From a virus, in the IMG/VR virus record IMGVR_UViG_3300017977_000066, positions 1 through 64,000 of that record: 64,000 nt of DNA; one strand, given 5' to 3'. Below, piece after piece: positions 10,395-20,627 of this stretch. The notes beneath the pieces are model-generated. The model searched no databases. It saw nothing but the letters and a program-made list of their open reading frames with translations, and had not been told where the DNA came from. The translations under genes and the position numbers were made by a program. Within the stretch, counting starts at the first letter, position 1. Each line of letters begins with the position of its first letter.

Positions 10395-10835
10395 ATGACT
10401 ATAAGTAAAGAAGCAGTTGAAGAAGTATTAGGCATGATAGAAGAGCTTGAAGAGGATAGGGAGTTCTTCGCTACAAGATATGAAGACATGGTAGAGGAAG
10501 CCATGTTAAAAAATAAAAAGTTAGCTAAGCTTGAAAAGGAGAACGCATTTCTTAAAGATAGGGCTGCTGAGTCTGATGCTATGTTAAAACTAGTGTTGAA
10601 AAAACTTGATAAGTTATCCAAAGCATTAGAGTCTCATGTGTCTATTAAAGCTGGTAACAAGCTCATGAGTAAACTAGCATTAGTTATAAATGAAAGAGAA
10701 AAGATAACGAAACCCATAACTATGGGTGACTTAACTACTACAGATGCTGGTAAGGCAACCAAACCTAAGTCTGGTGTAGCTAAATTGAAAGAAGACTTAA
10801 AAACAACTTATGGAGATCTAGACAAACTAGTCTAG
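10395..10835 (+). CDS. Coiled-coil early protein
   Basis: RBS aaggag; heptad-rich E/K/L sequence. Confidence 0.7.
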   Translation: MTISKEAVEEVLGMIEELEEDREFFATRYEDMVEEAMLKNKKLAKLEKENAFLKDRAAESDAMLKLVLKKLDKLSKALESHVSIKAGNKLMSKLALVINEREKITKPITMGDLTTTDAGKATKPKSGVAKLKEDLKTTYGDLDKLV

Positions 10836-10872
10836 ACTCCTATCTTTTTTTTATTCATTTAGTTTATAACTA

Positions 10873-10890
10873 TATATTACTTATATGAGC
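10873..10890 (+). promoter_or_regulatory. phiKZ-type early promoter
   Basis: TATATTACttatatga. Confidence 0.8.
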
Positions 10891-10935
10891 CTGGTGTTTA
10901 TATACTTAGCTTTAATAAATATAACAGGAGTTAGT

Positions 10936-12012
10936 ATGTATCTAACTATACCGCAATACACAGTAGGTGGTGTTTATAGACCTAAAGTAAATCCTATGGA
11001 TAAGACATATGGGTTAGAGTATGTTAGCCCTAGATATCCAGTACCTAGTAAGTTCTATGGTGAGTTAAAGAACTATTTAGATTACTATACCGAAGCATTT
11101 AAAAGACATAAGTATAATGCTGGTTTACTCTTAACAGGGGCTGCTGGTACAGGTAAGACAGATCTAGCTAGAGAGTTATCTAATAGATGTATAACTCAAG
11201 GTTTCAAGATTGTAGAGCTTAACAATGTGAAATATACAGATGACCTCATTACCTTCCTAGATAGTCTAGATAAAGTAGTTCTATTTTTCGATGAGTTCGG
11301 TAAGACTTATAACAACGCACAACAAGAGAAGATGCTTACTATGCTATCTACTACTATAGGTAAAGAGAGGATCGTTATCATAACTGAGAATAATTCTGGT
11401 AGGATAAGTCAGTTCATACGTAACAGACCTAGTAGATCTAGATACTCTAAAGACTTCGGTAAGTTAAGTAAAGAGACTATAAAAGGTCTTGCGGCTGATA
11501 TGACCATACAACCAGAGTTCCTACAGGACTTATTAAGAAGCCATGATAGACTAACTACTTTTACATTCGATCATCTACAAGCCATATTCTCAGAACACGA
11601 GATATTTCCAGAGCTAGATTTTAAAACCATAGTTAGCTATCTTAACTTGGAGTTCATGTCAGGAGTAGAGATCTTGAAGCTTTCTAGTTTACTATATAAG
11701 GATAAAGACATCCCTATAGAGAATGTAGATATAAGACCTAATAGAGTACCTTTAAAGATGGTTGAAACTGGTAGTACTATAGTGTTGATGATAACCATGC
11801 CAGTTGAACAAAAAGATGATGATACTAATGCAAATCAACAACCCCCATCACCTATGAATGGGTTCGGCAGACCTAGAGAAGAAACAGTAAGAATAAATGG
11901 TGATGATCTTAAACTCATGGATGATACTAGTGTGGTATATGAGAAAAAAGACTTGATGGCTGTTTTCAATATCACTTATGGTAAACCAAGTAGTAACGAT
12001 GACTTTTATTAA
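10936..12012 (+). CDS. AAA+ ATPase
   Basis: Walker A GAAGTGKT, Walker B LFFDEF, sensor ITEN, NRPSR Arg finger; start moved to ATG 10936 behind aggag because the track start lies inside the promoter. Confidence 0.85.
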   Translation: MYLTIPQYTVGGVYRPKVNPMDKTYGLEYVSPRYPVPSKFYGELKNYLDYYTEAFKRHKYNAGLLLTGAAGTGKTDLARELSNRCITQGFKIVELNNVKYTDDLITFLDSLDKVVLFFDEFGKTYNNAQQEKMLTMLSTTIGKERIVIITENNSGRISQFIRNRPSRSRYSKDFGKLSKETIKGLAADMTIQPEFLQDLLRSHDRLTTFTFDHLQAIFSEHEIFPELDFKTIVSYLNLEFMSGVEILKLSSLLYKDKDIPIENVDIRPNRVPLKMVETGSTIVLMITMPVEQKDDDTNANQQPPSPMNGFGRPREETVRINGDDLKLMDDTSVVYEKKDLMAVFNITYGKPSSNDDFY

Positions 12013-12076
12013 AACTAATATAAAGAGAGCTCAGGTTCTCTTTATATTTATTTTTTTCTCATATGCTTTTTACTTA

Positions 12077-12105
12077 TATATTACTTATGTGAGCCTAGAG
12101 CTTAA
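12077..12105 (+). promoter_or_regulatory. phiKZ-type early promoter with 5' hairpin
   Basis: TATATTACttatgTGAGCctagaGCTTAaa. Confidence 0.8.
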
Positions 12106-12129
12106 ATTATAATAACACAAGGAGATCAT

Positions 12130-13566
12130 ATGGCGATCATTCAGAAACTCATAAGCCATGACGACTTATTTTTGCAGTCCACTAATAAGATATTACTTAA
12201 TGATATCAGAGTTACAGATGGGAGCATCAAGGACATGCTGTTCACAACCTTAACGGACGAGATAAGCCTAGTACCAAGTTGTGAGTGTGGTAACTTACAA
12301 GGAGCTTATCTCATAGATAAGACATGTGGTGTATGTCATACCCTAGTAACAGAACCATTCAACAACACTAGTCCCCTATTATGGGTTAAAAGTTTCACAC
12401 CAGAGCTAAAGTTCATCAATCCTAAGTTCTGGCTCATGCTTACAACCATCATATCTACTAAGATAGATGCGTTAAGATGGCTCAGTGATACATCTTATAA
12501 CCCAGGTAATGCTAGCATCACACTTTTAGCCCTCTCAGAGATCATAGGTGGGAGATCCTATATGAATGTTGTTAATAATATAGATAAGATACTAGACTAC
12601 CTATCTAACAACAGTCAGTTCAGAACTCTAGCTAAGTCAGTTAAGCTTTCAGCATTGAAGAGAGTTTATAAACAAGATAAGGATAAAGTATTATCTAGCT
12701 ACTTACCTTTAATAAACAAGAACCTTTTCATTATGGTATCCTCTAAGAAAAGTAACTACTCTTCTATCTTATTAGCAGATATCATAGATCAAGCTTTATT
12801 AGCTGTATCTACAGCTAACGATCAGCATAAGTCTAAGAAGCAGTTGGCTAATAACACAGCTAAGCTTATTAGTATAGGAGCTAATCTCTTTAAGGAGTAT
12901 GTTAAAGAGTCAGTAGGTAGAAAGAATGGTATAGCTAGAAAGAACTTATATGGCTCTAGAGTTAACTTCACATTCAGATGTGTAGCTTCTAGTCTACCTA
13001 GTAGTTATAACTACGATGAAGTTATAGTACCATGGTGTATAGGGATGACTACATTTAGACCCCATGTTCTTAATAAACTATATAAGCTAGGGTTGACTCC
13101 TGAAGAAGCTAGTGCTTTAGTGTTTAACTATACTAATAAATATCATCCTGTTTTAGATAAGATATTGCAAGAGTTAATATCTGAATCTCCTAATGGTTAT
13201 ATACCTATATTAGTAAGTAGGAATCCATCACTAGGTCAGAACTCTATACAGAAACTGAAACTTATCAAGTTCAACACTGAAGTTGATGTACAAACTATAT
13301 TCATTTCTGTTCTCGTAGCCGCTAGTTTCAATTTAGACTTTGATGGCGATGAATGCAACATCAGCTGTCTGCTTGATGCAGATCTAGCTAAAAGAGCAGA
13401 AGTTCTTAAACCACACGTAAACATAGTAGCTATGGATAACTATAAAATAAGTGGTAACCTGAATATGCCTAAGACATCTGTGATAACACTGATGAATTAC
13501 ATGCATAAAGAGGAGCCTATTAATAAAGATTGCCCTATAGCAAATGAACTCAGAAATATGGGGTAG
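12130..13566 (+). CDS. Non-virion RNA polymerase beta'-like N-terminal subunit (phiKZ gp55-like)
   Basis: Zn ribbon CECG...CGVC, KNGIARKNLYGSR, RNPSL, catalytic NLDFDGDE; under an early promoter as expected for nvRNAP. Confidence 0.88.
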   Translation: MAIIQKLISHDDLFLQSTNKILLNDIRVTDGSIKDMLFTTLTDEISLVPSCECGNLQGAYLIDKTCGVCHTLVTEPFNNTSPLLWVKSFTPELKFINPKFWLMLTTIISTKIDALRWLSDTSYNPGNASITLLALSEIIGGRSYMNVVNNIDKILDYLSNNSQFRTLAKSVKLSALKRVYKQDKDKVLSSYLPLINKNLFIMVSSKKSNYSSILLADIIDQALLAVSTANDQHKSKKQLANNTAKLISIGANLFKEYVKESVGRKNGIARKNLYGSRVNFTFRCVASSLPSSYNYDEVIVPWCIGMTTFRPHVLNKLYKLGLTPEEASALVFNYTNKYHPVLDKILQELISESPNGYIPILVSRNPSLGQNSIQKLKLIKFNTEVDVQTIFISVLVAASFNLDFDGDECNISCLLDADLAKRAEVLKPHVNIVAMDNYKISGNLNMPKTSVITLMNYMHKEEPINKDCPIANELRNMG

Positions 13567-13663
13567 GCTAGAGCCTGCTTCATATTATTTTTTTAACATT
13601 CACTACCATTATATGAAGCTAGAATAAAACATAGCTGAACTTAATTTCGTAAAGGAGGGCATT

Positions 13664-15463
13664 ATGAGTATAGATATATACAAATTACCTGGTAAACAAG
13701 TGGTCGATCTCATGTGGAGGGTTTCTTTAAGTAACTTACATAATAAGAGATTAATTGGTGATGATAATTTTACTCATGCGATAGAAGGTAGATGGTTGTT
13801 ACGCAAGCTCTTTTTAAAAGATGTGTTGCCTAACTATAAAGAAGGTTTTATCTTAGATAGGATAAATGCGACTAAACCTATAGGTCCAGATAATGTTAAG
13901 TGGGTTAAGTTAGAAGATAGTAGACATTCGTTATTACAGAATTATAAACTGCCTACTTTCATACATGATATGGGTAATGTTGTTAATAAGAAGACTAATA
14001 AGGTATTATATAAGGAAGGACTGTATGAGTGTTTCTGTGGTAATAAGTTTAGAGCTTCTATTTATGATATTAATTATGGTAAGATTAAAAGTTGTGGGTG
14101 TTTAAAGAGTTTTCATAATGCTACTAAACATGCGCTATATAGTGTGTATTATGATATACTAAGAAGATGCTACGATGATAGTAGAAAAGATTATAAGCAC
14201 TATGGCGGAAAGGGGATATTGGTATGTGATAGTTGGTTAAGTTTTAGGAACCTCATACATGATATGGGGAATGGTTTTAAACCAGGGTTAAGTATAGATA
14301 GAATAGACGCTAGTAAAGGGTACTGTGTAGATAACTGCAGGTGGGCCACCAAGACCACCCAAGCACGTAATACTAGAGTTTTAAAGATAGGAAACACAAC
14401 AGGTTATAGAGGTGTCTCATACCATAAGGCTAATGGAACTTTTATAGCTGGTATAACTAAAGATGGTAAGAGGGTATATATAGGATCGTATCCAACAGCA
14501 TTAGATGCAGCTAAAGCATATGATAAATATGTGGTAGATAATAATCTAGAGCACACTATAAATGGTGTATACGATGCGACAACTGATTTAGAGGAACATG
14601 CTAAAGAAGCCTCTGAAGAAGGCATTGCATTATTAGAATTCATTTGGAAAGTATGCTATAGTATGGCTACTAGGACTAATAGAGTAGACTCCCCTTATAA
14701 AACTTATGCTATAGATGGCGAATGGTTAGTTAAGAAGAATTTTATAGATGATCTTAAGTATGGATATCAGAAAGGCTATGTAGTAAAACGTATAGACGAT
14801 AGCTTACCTATATCTAAACATAATGTAACATGGATCAAAGAGACTACTATAGATAAGGGTTTGCTAAAAGAGTACCAAGCCCCTATCCTAATGAAAGATC
14901 TACAAGATGGTAAAGGTTTATACCAATGTTTCTGTGGAGAGCATTTTGAAACAAGGATGGGCTCTATTAAACAAAGTAAAGTTAAGAGTTGTGGATGTTT
15001 AAAAACATTTCATGATGTAGCTAAACTGGAACTATACGATACATGGAAGTTCATGATCTTAAGAGCTTATGATAAAGATAGTGCTTATATTAATGAACCA
15101 GTATGTGTTAAATGGTGGGATGCTAGAACCTTTAATAAGGATATGCTACCTACACAAAGAGAAGGTTATACGCTTATACGAATGGATGTGTCTAAAGGAT
15201 TTTGTTTAGATAACTGTATGTGGGGAACCCCTTCTGAAGCAGTGACTGTGAACGGTTCTTTAAGGGCTAATAATACAACAGGCTATAAAGGCGTTACTAA
15301 ACGTAGTAATGGTAAATACCAATCAGGTATAGGTGTGGATGGTAAAAGAATACACTTAGGTAATCATGATACCGCCATCGAAGCTGCTAAAGCATATAAT
15401 GACTATATTATAGAACAAAGCCTTCACTATGCATTAAATATTATACCTGAAGATGAACAATAA
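13664..15463 (+). CDS. Free-standing HNH-AP2 homing endonuclease, internally duplicated
   Basis: Two ~290-aa halves, each with CFCG/SCGC, an HNH-like SIDRID..KGY..DNCRW segment and AP2 NTTGY(R/K)GV...AAKAY. Confidence 0.85.
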   Translation: MSIDIYKLPGKQVVDLMWRVSLSNLHNKRLIGDDNFTHAIEGRWLLRKLFLKDVLPNYKEGFILDRINATKPIGPDNVKWVKLEDSRHSLLQNYKLPTFIHDMGNVVNKKTNKVLYKEGLYECFCGNKFRASIYDINYGKIKSCGCLKSFHNATKHALYSVYYDILRRCYDDSRKDYKHYGGKGILVCDSWLSFRNLIHDMGNGFKPGLSIDRIDASKGYCVDNCRWATKTTQARNTRVLKIGNTTGYRGVSYHKANGTFIAGITKDGKRVYIGSYPTALDAAKAYDKYVVDNNLEHTINGVYDATTDLEEHAKEASEEGIALLEFIWKVCYSMATRTNRVDSPYKTYAIDGEWLVKKNFIDDLKYGYQKGYVVKRIDDSLPISKHNVTWIKETTIDKGLLKEYQAPILMKDLQDGKGLYQCFCGEHFETRMGSIKQSKVKSCGCLKTFHDVAKLELYDTWKFMILRAYDKDSAYINEPVCVKWWDARTFNKDMLPTQREGYTLIRMDVSKGFCLDNCMWGTPSEAVTVNGSLRANNTTGYKGVTKRSNGKYQSGIGVDGKRIHLGNHDTAIEAAKAYNDYIIEQSLHYALNIIPEDEQ

Positions 15464-15469
15464 TGCATA

Positions 15470-15495
15470 AGATGGGTAACTTAGGTTACCCATCT
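15470..15495 (+). terminator. Intrinsic terminator
   Basis: agatgggtaac-ttag-gttacccatct followed by T-rich tract. Confidence 0.7.
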
Positions 15496-15517
15496 ATGTT
15501 TTCATTTTTTTTACTTG

Positions 15518-15546
15518 TATATTACTTATGTGAGCCTAGAGCTTAA
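15518..15546 (+). promoter_or_regulatory. phiKZ-type early promoter with 5' hairpin
   Basis: TATATTACttatgtgagcctagagcttaaa, identical to the copy at 12077. Confidence 0.8.
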
Positions 15547-15571
15547 ATTTTAATAACATAAGGAGTACTAT

Positions 15572-16093
15572 ATGGTACTAGCAACAAAAGAAGAAGTATT
15601 CGCTGCTTTAGAAAATACTACTTGGGAAGAGATTTCTGAAGATATGGCGTTATCTGAAGGCTTTATAAGGGAGTTTAAAGATAATGTAGATTGGAATTAT
15701 ATTAGCAGAAATCAGAAGCTATCTGAAAGCTTTATACGAGAATTCGAAGATCATGTGGATTGGGACTGGGTTAGCTGGTTTCAGGAGATGTCTGAGAATT
15801 TTATACGAGAATTCGAAGATCGTGTGGATTAGAAATGCATTAGTAAATATCAGGAGCTAACTAAAGAGTTTATACAAGAATTCAGCTTAGAAGGGTGTGA
15901 AGAAAAGAAAATCGCGTGTTACTGCGGTAAGTATAACAGGATTATATATGGAACACTATCTAATCCAAGCATAATACATATACTGGTGTTTTCATGGTAC
16001 TAAAGATGAAGCAATAGTAGCTGTAAGTAAAAAATACTCTGGTAAAGCTAAAGAAACTTACATAGCTAAAATAGAAAAGTGTTTTAATAAATA
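15572..16093 (+). pseudogene. 23-aa Trp-repeat protein (LSExFIREF..VDW) broken by an in-frame TAG and a frameshift
   Basis: Repeat continues past TAG 15830-15832 (KCISKYQELTKEFIQEF); a shifted frame gives CFHGTKDEAIVAVSKKY...CFNK* ending 16093. Confidence 0.7.
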
Positions 16094-16118
16094 ACTGTAT
16101 AGGATGGTATAAGCCATC

Positions 16119-18566
16119 CTATACATCTTTTTTTATTGTTACTATTTCTTTTTCATTAAAAACACCAGTATAATTTATATTACTATTATCTAATATTAAT
16201 ACATCTGTATGGGTGAATCTTTGAAACATACTCTTATAATGGGAAATCATAAATATTTGCTCGAACTTAGACTTACCTAATTCTTCTATAAACTCATAAG
16301 CCCTAGTCCTATGCTTAGGATCAAAACTTATAGCGAATTCATCTAAGAATAATGGGAAGTCTAGCATATCTAAAAACTCCATAGCCGTTATCTTAAAAGC
16401 CACATCTATGATCTCTCGTATAGCACTACTTCCTTTTATAACATCTGGTATGGGTTCTTTTCTAGTACCTAGTTTTACTGGGAACCTAAATGTGAGGTCA
16501 CCTGACATAGTATCGCATGGCAAGATGTTAATTTCATATGTCCATATGCTATTGATGATTTCATTCATACGTTCTAAAACAGCATTTATAGTAGTGCTTA
16601 TAGAGACACCTATGATGCCTTTATTAGGGGATAAGCGCTCTTCTAATAGCTTAGCTGTTTTTAGTTCTGCCTTATATTTATCTAATTCTTTTATTAAGCC
16701 ATCCCTATGCGAATGTATTTTATTGTATTCTACTAATTTATTATCTATATTAGCTACTTCATGTTTGATTTCATATATGATATTGTTATAATAATCTCTT
16801 AATAACATATCATACTTCTCTCTCTTAACATCTTTTATTTTAGTTATAAATGTTTTAAACTCTTGATAGTATTTAGAAAGTTTATTTTTATCATTTTTAA
16901 TAATTTTATACTTATTAAGCTCATCGGCAATAGACATGGATTGTTTCATAGCTGCGGTTAACTTAACTCCTAACTCTTTTTTAAGCTGTTGCATATAAGC
17001 TAATTTATCTATAGTTACTGAGTTAAGTATGGTTAGTTTCTGTTGTAAGTTATGCAGCTCTTCTATGGCATCAGATACTTCTTGATAATCTGGTAGGGTT
17101 GCATATAAATCGGATATCTTCCTACTTAAAACATGTGTATCTAAAAATGAGTTACTAACTTCTTTTAATTCTTCATATAGAGGCATGAGACTATCGTTAG
17201 TTAATAAGAGTTTAAGCTTGACTATAAGATTTCTTTTAACATCTATAGCATCTAAAGATTTAGTTAACTTGGATAACTCTTGGTCTAATATAGATTTCTT
17301 ATCATAGTTCTTAGCTAGCTCTGACTTTAAAACCAGTAATTTTTGCTCATCGTGATTTGGTTTAAAAATATTAGAACACTTAGGACAAGTGACATCATCA
17401 GCTTCACTGTAAGCTATCTGTTTCTGAAGATCCCTGTCTAATATAGTAATAGTGTGCTCTACATCCATATGCTGTTGCTTAGTAGCTATGAGGTTTTTAT
17501 TAAGATTTTTAATAGTTTCACTAGTTACAGATATACCATCGCTATCTTGTAGATCATTAGCAAGCTCTAGCAGAACACTATGTATGGATACCAGTTCCTT
17601 TACATAAGTCTTAAAATCTTCATATCCTAGCTTAGTAGGATTTATCTCCTTTAATTTTTTACTTATCTTCTCTATATCATTAACTAGCTCTTGCTTATTA
17701 ACATCTGAAGTTAAACCATTATCATTTATATTTTTAAGCTCCTCTTTAATATCATCTATATTTTTATCTAAAGTCTTAAGCTCCAACTCTTTAGTTATGA
17801 TTAGTGTATCTACATTATGCATGATGTCGATATGAGCATCTCTATACTTATGTAAAATCTTAGCGGCAGATGCTTGTTTAAATAAAATATCATCACTTAG
17901 TTCATCTATAGGTGTTGTTATGGGTCTATGGTTTAAGATGTCATCTAGTAAGGATACGAACTGCTCTTTATCTTTCTTTAATACGACTATACGATCTTCG
18001 GTCATATCTTCCAATAATTTATCATCGAAGATTATCTTAGACTGTATCAGTTTTATATAACTAGTAAGATCTTTTATACGGGCTTTTACTTTATTATATT
18101 TGGACATAGCGAAATCATAGTCTATACTAGTTAAGATATCGGTGAACCATCTCTTTCTTTCTCCTACTGACATGTTAGTAAAAGTAGTTGCTGATAACAA
18201 CATATCATGGATATCTTTAGTGATGTTAAAATGCTCACTTATCAATATCTTCTGTGTCTTCATAAGTCCTACTTCGTTAAGCTCGGTTCCATTTACTTTA
18301 AAGCTATGTTTATTAGTATCTCTAACATAACATAACTCATAAGTCTTGTTCCTATGTAGGTATTTAGCTATCCTATACCCAGACTCATCATACTCGTTCT
18401 TAGTATCATCTACATTAGGGATGATCTCTTTTAATAGACTAGACTTACCGGAGCCATTAGAAGCTAAAATAGTCTGCATGTGTTGTTTAGGGAAATAATG
18501 TAAATATCTTATATTAGGTATATATAGCCTAGTGTAGTTCTTTAACTCTAGCTCTTTTAATATCAT
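16119..18566 (-). CDS. sbcC: SbcC/Rad50-like SMC ATPase
   Basis: Walker A ASNGSGKS, coiled coil with CPKC zinc hook, KGSS signature, FLDEF Walker B, MISH; RBS aggag favours the MILKEL start. Confidence 0.9.
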   Translation of the reverse strand: MILKELELKNYTRLYIPNIRYLHYFPKQHMQTILASNGSGKSSLLKEIIPNVDDTKNEYDESGYRIAKYLHRNKTYELCYVRDTNKHSFKVNGTELNEVGLMKTQKILISEHFNITKDIHDMLLSATTFTNMSVGERKRWFTDILTSIDYDFAMSKYNKVKARIKDLTSYIKLIQSKIIFDDKLLEDMTEDRIVVLKKDKEQFVSLLDDILNHRPITTPIDELSDDILFKQASAAKILHKYRDAHIDIMHNVDTLIITKELELKTLDKNIDDIKEELKNINDNGLTSDVNKQELVNDIEKISKKLKEINPTKLGYEDFKTYVKELVSIHSVLLELANDLQDSDGISVTSETIKNLNKNLIATKQQHMDVEHTITILDRDLQKQIAYSEADDVTCPKCSNIFKPNHDEQKLLVLKSELAKNYDKKSILDQELSKLTKSLDAIDVKRNLIVKLKLLLTNDSLMPLYEELKEVSNSFLDTHVLSRKISDLYATLPDYQEVSDAIEELHNLQQKLTILNSVTIDKLAYMQQLKKELGVKLTAAMKQSMSIADELNKYKIIKNDKNKLSKYYQEFKTFITKIKDVKREKYDMLLRDYYNNIIYEIKHEVANIDNKLVEYNKIHSHRDGLIKELDKYKAELKTAKLLEERLSPNKGIIGVSISTTINAVLERMNEIINSIWTYEINILPCDTMSGDLTFRFPVKLGTRKEPIPDVIKGSSAIREIIDVAFKITAMEFLDMLDFPLFLDEFAISFDPKHRTRAYEFIEELGKSKFEQIFMISHYKSMFQRFTHTDVLILDNSNINYTGVFNEKEIVTIKKDV

Positions 18567-18632
18567 AAATGACTCCTTCTGCAACTAAAATATCTAGTGT
18601 AGTAAAGCATATACTCATGCTTATTTCGGTTA

Positions 18633-18660
18633 TATATTACTTATATGACCAAATAGGTCT
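18633..18660 (+). promoter_or_regulatory. phiKZ-type early promoter with 5' hairpin
   Basis: TATATTACttatatGACCaaataGGTC. Confidence 0.8.
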
Positions 18661-18682
18661 AATAAAAACATAGGAGTCTATA

Positions 18683-19564
18683 ATGGTATATATTATAGCA
18701 CATAAAAATTGTATGGATGGTTTAGCTGCAGCAGCTATAGTTAAAAGATCACGTGAAAGTAACGACCTAGCATGTGAGGTCATATTCTGTAATTATGGTG
18801 AGGAAAATAAGCTTATCATGCATAAGACTTATGAGTTATCTGATACTATCTATTTTGTAGATTTCTCTATAGATAGAGAAGACCTATTAGTACTTGCATC
18901 ACAAGCATTTGAAGTGGTAGTCTTAGATCACCATAAAACAGCTGAAGAGAAACTTGCTGGTATAGAAGAAGAAGCTGATGGTAACTTAGAAGTAGTTTTC
19001 GATATGAATAGATCTGGAGCTACTATAGCATATGACTATTTTCAACCAGGTTATCCTAGATTCTTCTTCGAGTATGTAGAAGATAGAGATCTATGGAAAT
19101 TTGAGCTAGACATGTCTAAAGAAGTAAATGAGGCTCTAAGACTACTAGTAGTACCTAACAACATAGATAGCTTTTGGGAAGCTATTAATAATGGGCATGA
19201 TGAGGGTACTGTTTATGCATTAAAAAATACTGGTAGTATATTAGTACAGAAGATGGATGCTATGGTTATGGGTAAGATAACTAAGGTAAGACCATTAACA
19301 TTACAAGGTCAAGAGTTCATGGCTATCAATGCTACTGAAAATATAAGTGAGCTAGGTAACACTATATGTACTACTTATAATAAACCAGCATTGATGTATT
19401 TCATAACTGAAGATGGTGATGTAGTTTTATCTATGAGATCTATGGATGGTTTACCAGCTGTAAGCTCGGTAGCTACGGCATTAGGAGGAGGAGGTCACAA
19501 GCAAGCTAGTGGAGCTAAGATAACCTTAAAAGACTTACCATTACTACTAGATAGTAAACTTTAA
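18683..19564 (+). CDS. DHH/DHHA1 phosphoesterase (nanoRNase-like)
   Basis: HKNCMDG, FVDFS, LDHHKT, DRDLW, SMRS, GGGGHKQASG. Confidence 0.9.
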   Translation: MVYIIAHKNCMDGLAAAAIVKRSRESNDLACEVIFCNYGEENKLIMHKTYELSDTIYFVDFSIDREDLLVLASQAFEVVVLDHHKTAEEKLAGIEEEADGNLEVVFDMNRSGATIAYDYFQPGYPRFFFEYVEDRDLWKFELDMSKEVNEALRLLVVPNNIDSFWEAINNGHDEGTVYALKNTGSILVQKMDAMVMGKITKVRPLTLQGQEFMAINATENISELGNTICTTYNKPALMYFITEDGDVVLSMRSMDGLPAVSSVATALGGGGHKQASGAKITLKDLPLLLDSKL

Positions 19565-19574
19565 AGGATAAGAC

Positions 19575-19898
19575 ATGAGTAAAACTAAAATAGAACTATT
19601 AAAACTAGCTAGCATGTTCTCACTTACTAGCATACCAGATAGAGATTTTAAGTGGTATTATGATGCAGCATTTAATCACAGTCTAACTGTAGAAGAGATG
19701 GATGTATATGATATCATCTTTAATCACATAACTGATGATAAATGTAGGGATGACATACCTACAACACATGGTCTAAAAGCTGTAGACAAATATTTGGATG
19801 AACATGGTATGCATAATGAAGAAGCGGAGTATATGTGTGATCTAGCTAGGTTAGATGCTTGGATAGTATATGTACTAAATAGAGATGACATAACATAG
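19575..19898 (+). CDS. Hypothetical protein
   Basis: RBS aagga; co-oriented with the DHH gene; hairpin and T-tract follow. Confidence 0.7.
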   Translation: MSKTKIELLKLASMFSLTSIPDRDFKWYYDAAFNHSLTVEEMDVYDIIFNHITDDKCRDDIPTTHGLKAVDKYLDEHGMHNEEAEYMCDLARLDAWIVYVLNRDDIT

Positions 19899-19919
19899 GT
19901 CCTTAGCCTATGTTATGTA

Positions 19920-20490
19920 CATTTTCTTTTTTTGTTTCATACTAGCCTCTAGAAGCTCTTATTTAAGTTAAGACTAGTATTTGTATAGATATCATATATT
20001 TATATCTTCTAGGTGTCTTAATGTGTCATATAGATACATACAGAACATCTGCCATGAACACAAAGTCAAGAGCAACACCATCACATCTTGGTTAAGATAT
20101 CTGCCATTAAGATACTGTAAGAGCCTATATCTACTTAAGCTTATAAGCTTAAGTTATTATGGTAATATTACTACTATTATTATATCTCTATCTTCTCTTA
20201 TATTATAGCTTCTATAGTAACTACTATAACTTCTACTTTATAGTAGCTTCTCTAGCTTTATAAGCTAGTATTTTTTTATTACAGCTGGTAACTTCTTTTG
20301 ACGCTCTTATATTAAAAAAAGTATAAGCAAGCCGGTCCCCTAGTATACCCTCTTTTTTCCAGCTAGTGTAGGTTAGTCGTTTCGTCTGAGACTCCACTCT
20401 GGTCCTGCCCTTACATTCCCCTGGAATCCTGTCCAGGCCATCAGTAAGTTCTAGAGTAACTATTACATTACTCATAATATACTAACTGAC
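19920..20490. repeat. Dispersed non-coding element, copy 1
   Basis: Core 20065-20124 is 59/60 identical to 46245-46304; shared flanking motifs and palindromes. Confidence 0.9.
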
Positions 20491-20627
20491 AAAAATAAAT
20501 ATTTATATCACATAGATAGGACTACTATAGATAACCACATACCTATACAGTACAGTTACATAACCAAACTGCTTTTTCTATATTAGCTAATTGGCTTGAA
20601 AATATCATTATCTAAAGGAACTAAAAT

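Noticed and set aside
13400-15500. Group I intron splitting the nvRNAP gene around the endonuclease
   Set aside because: The RNAP ORF runs through DFDGD to a plausible C-terminus, is followed by a terminator, and no downstream exon is visible
15830-15832. Genome-wide TAG reassignment suggested by in-frame TAGs here and near 45835
   Set aside because: Conserved genes end properly at TAG (nvRNAP 13564-13566, vRNAP beta 41649-41651), long genes are unbroken under the standard code, and no suppressor tRNA was seen
15630-15885. CRISPR-like repeat array
   Set aside because: The 69-nt period is in frame, degenerate and encodes a protein repeat; no unique spacers or cas genes
20330-20445. Hammerhead ribozyme on the - strand (CUGAUGG-stem-GGAA)
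   Set aside because: Core deviates from CUGAUGA/GAAA at essential positions and stems I and III are not evident
19981-20475. ORFs 19981..20208 (+) and 20233..20475 (-)
   Set aside because: No convincing RBS, atypical composition, and frames not preserved in the second copy of the element
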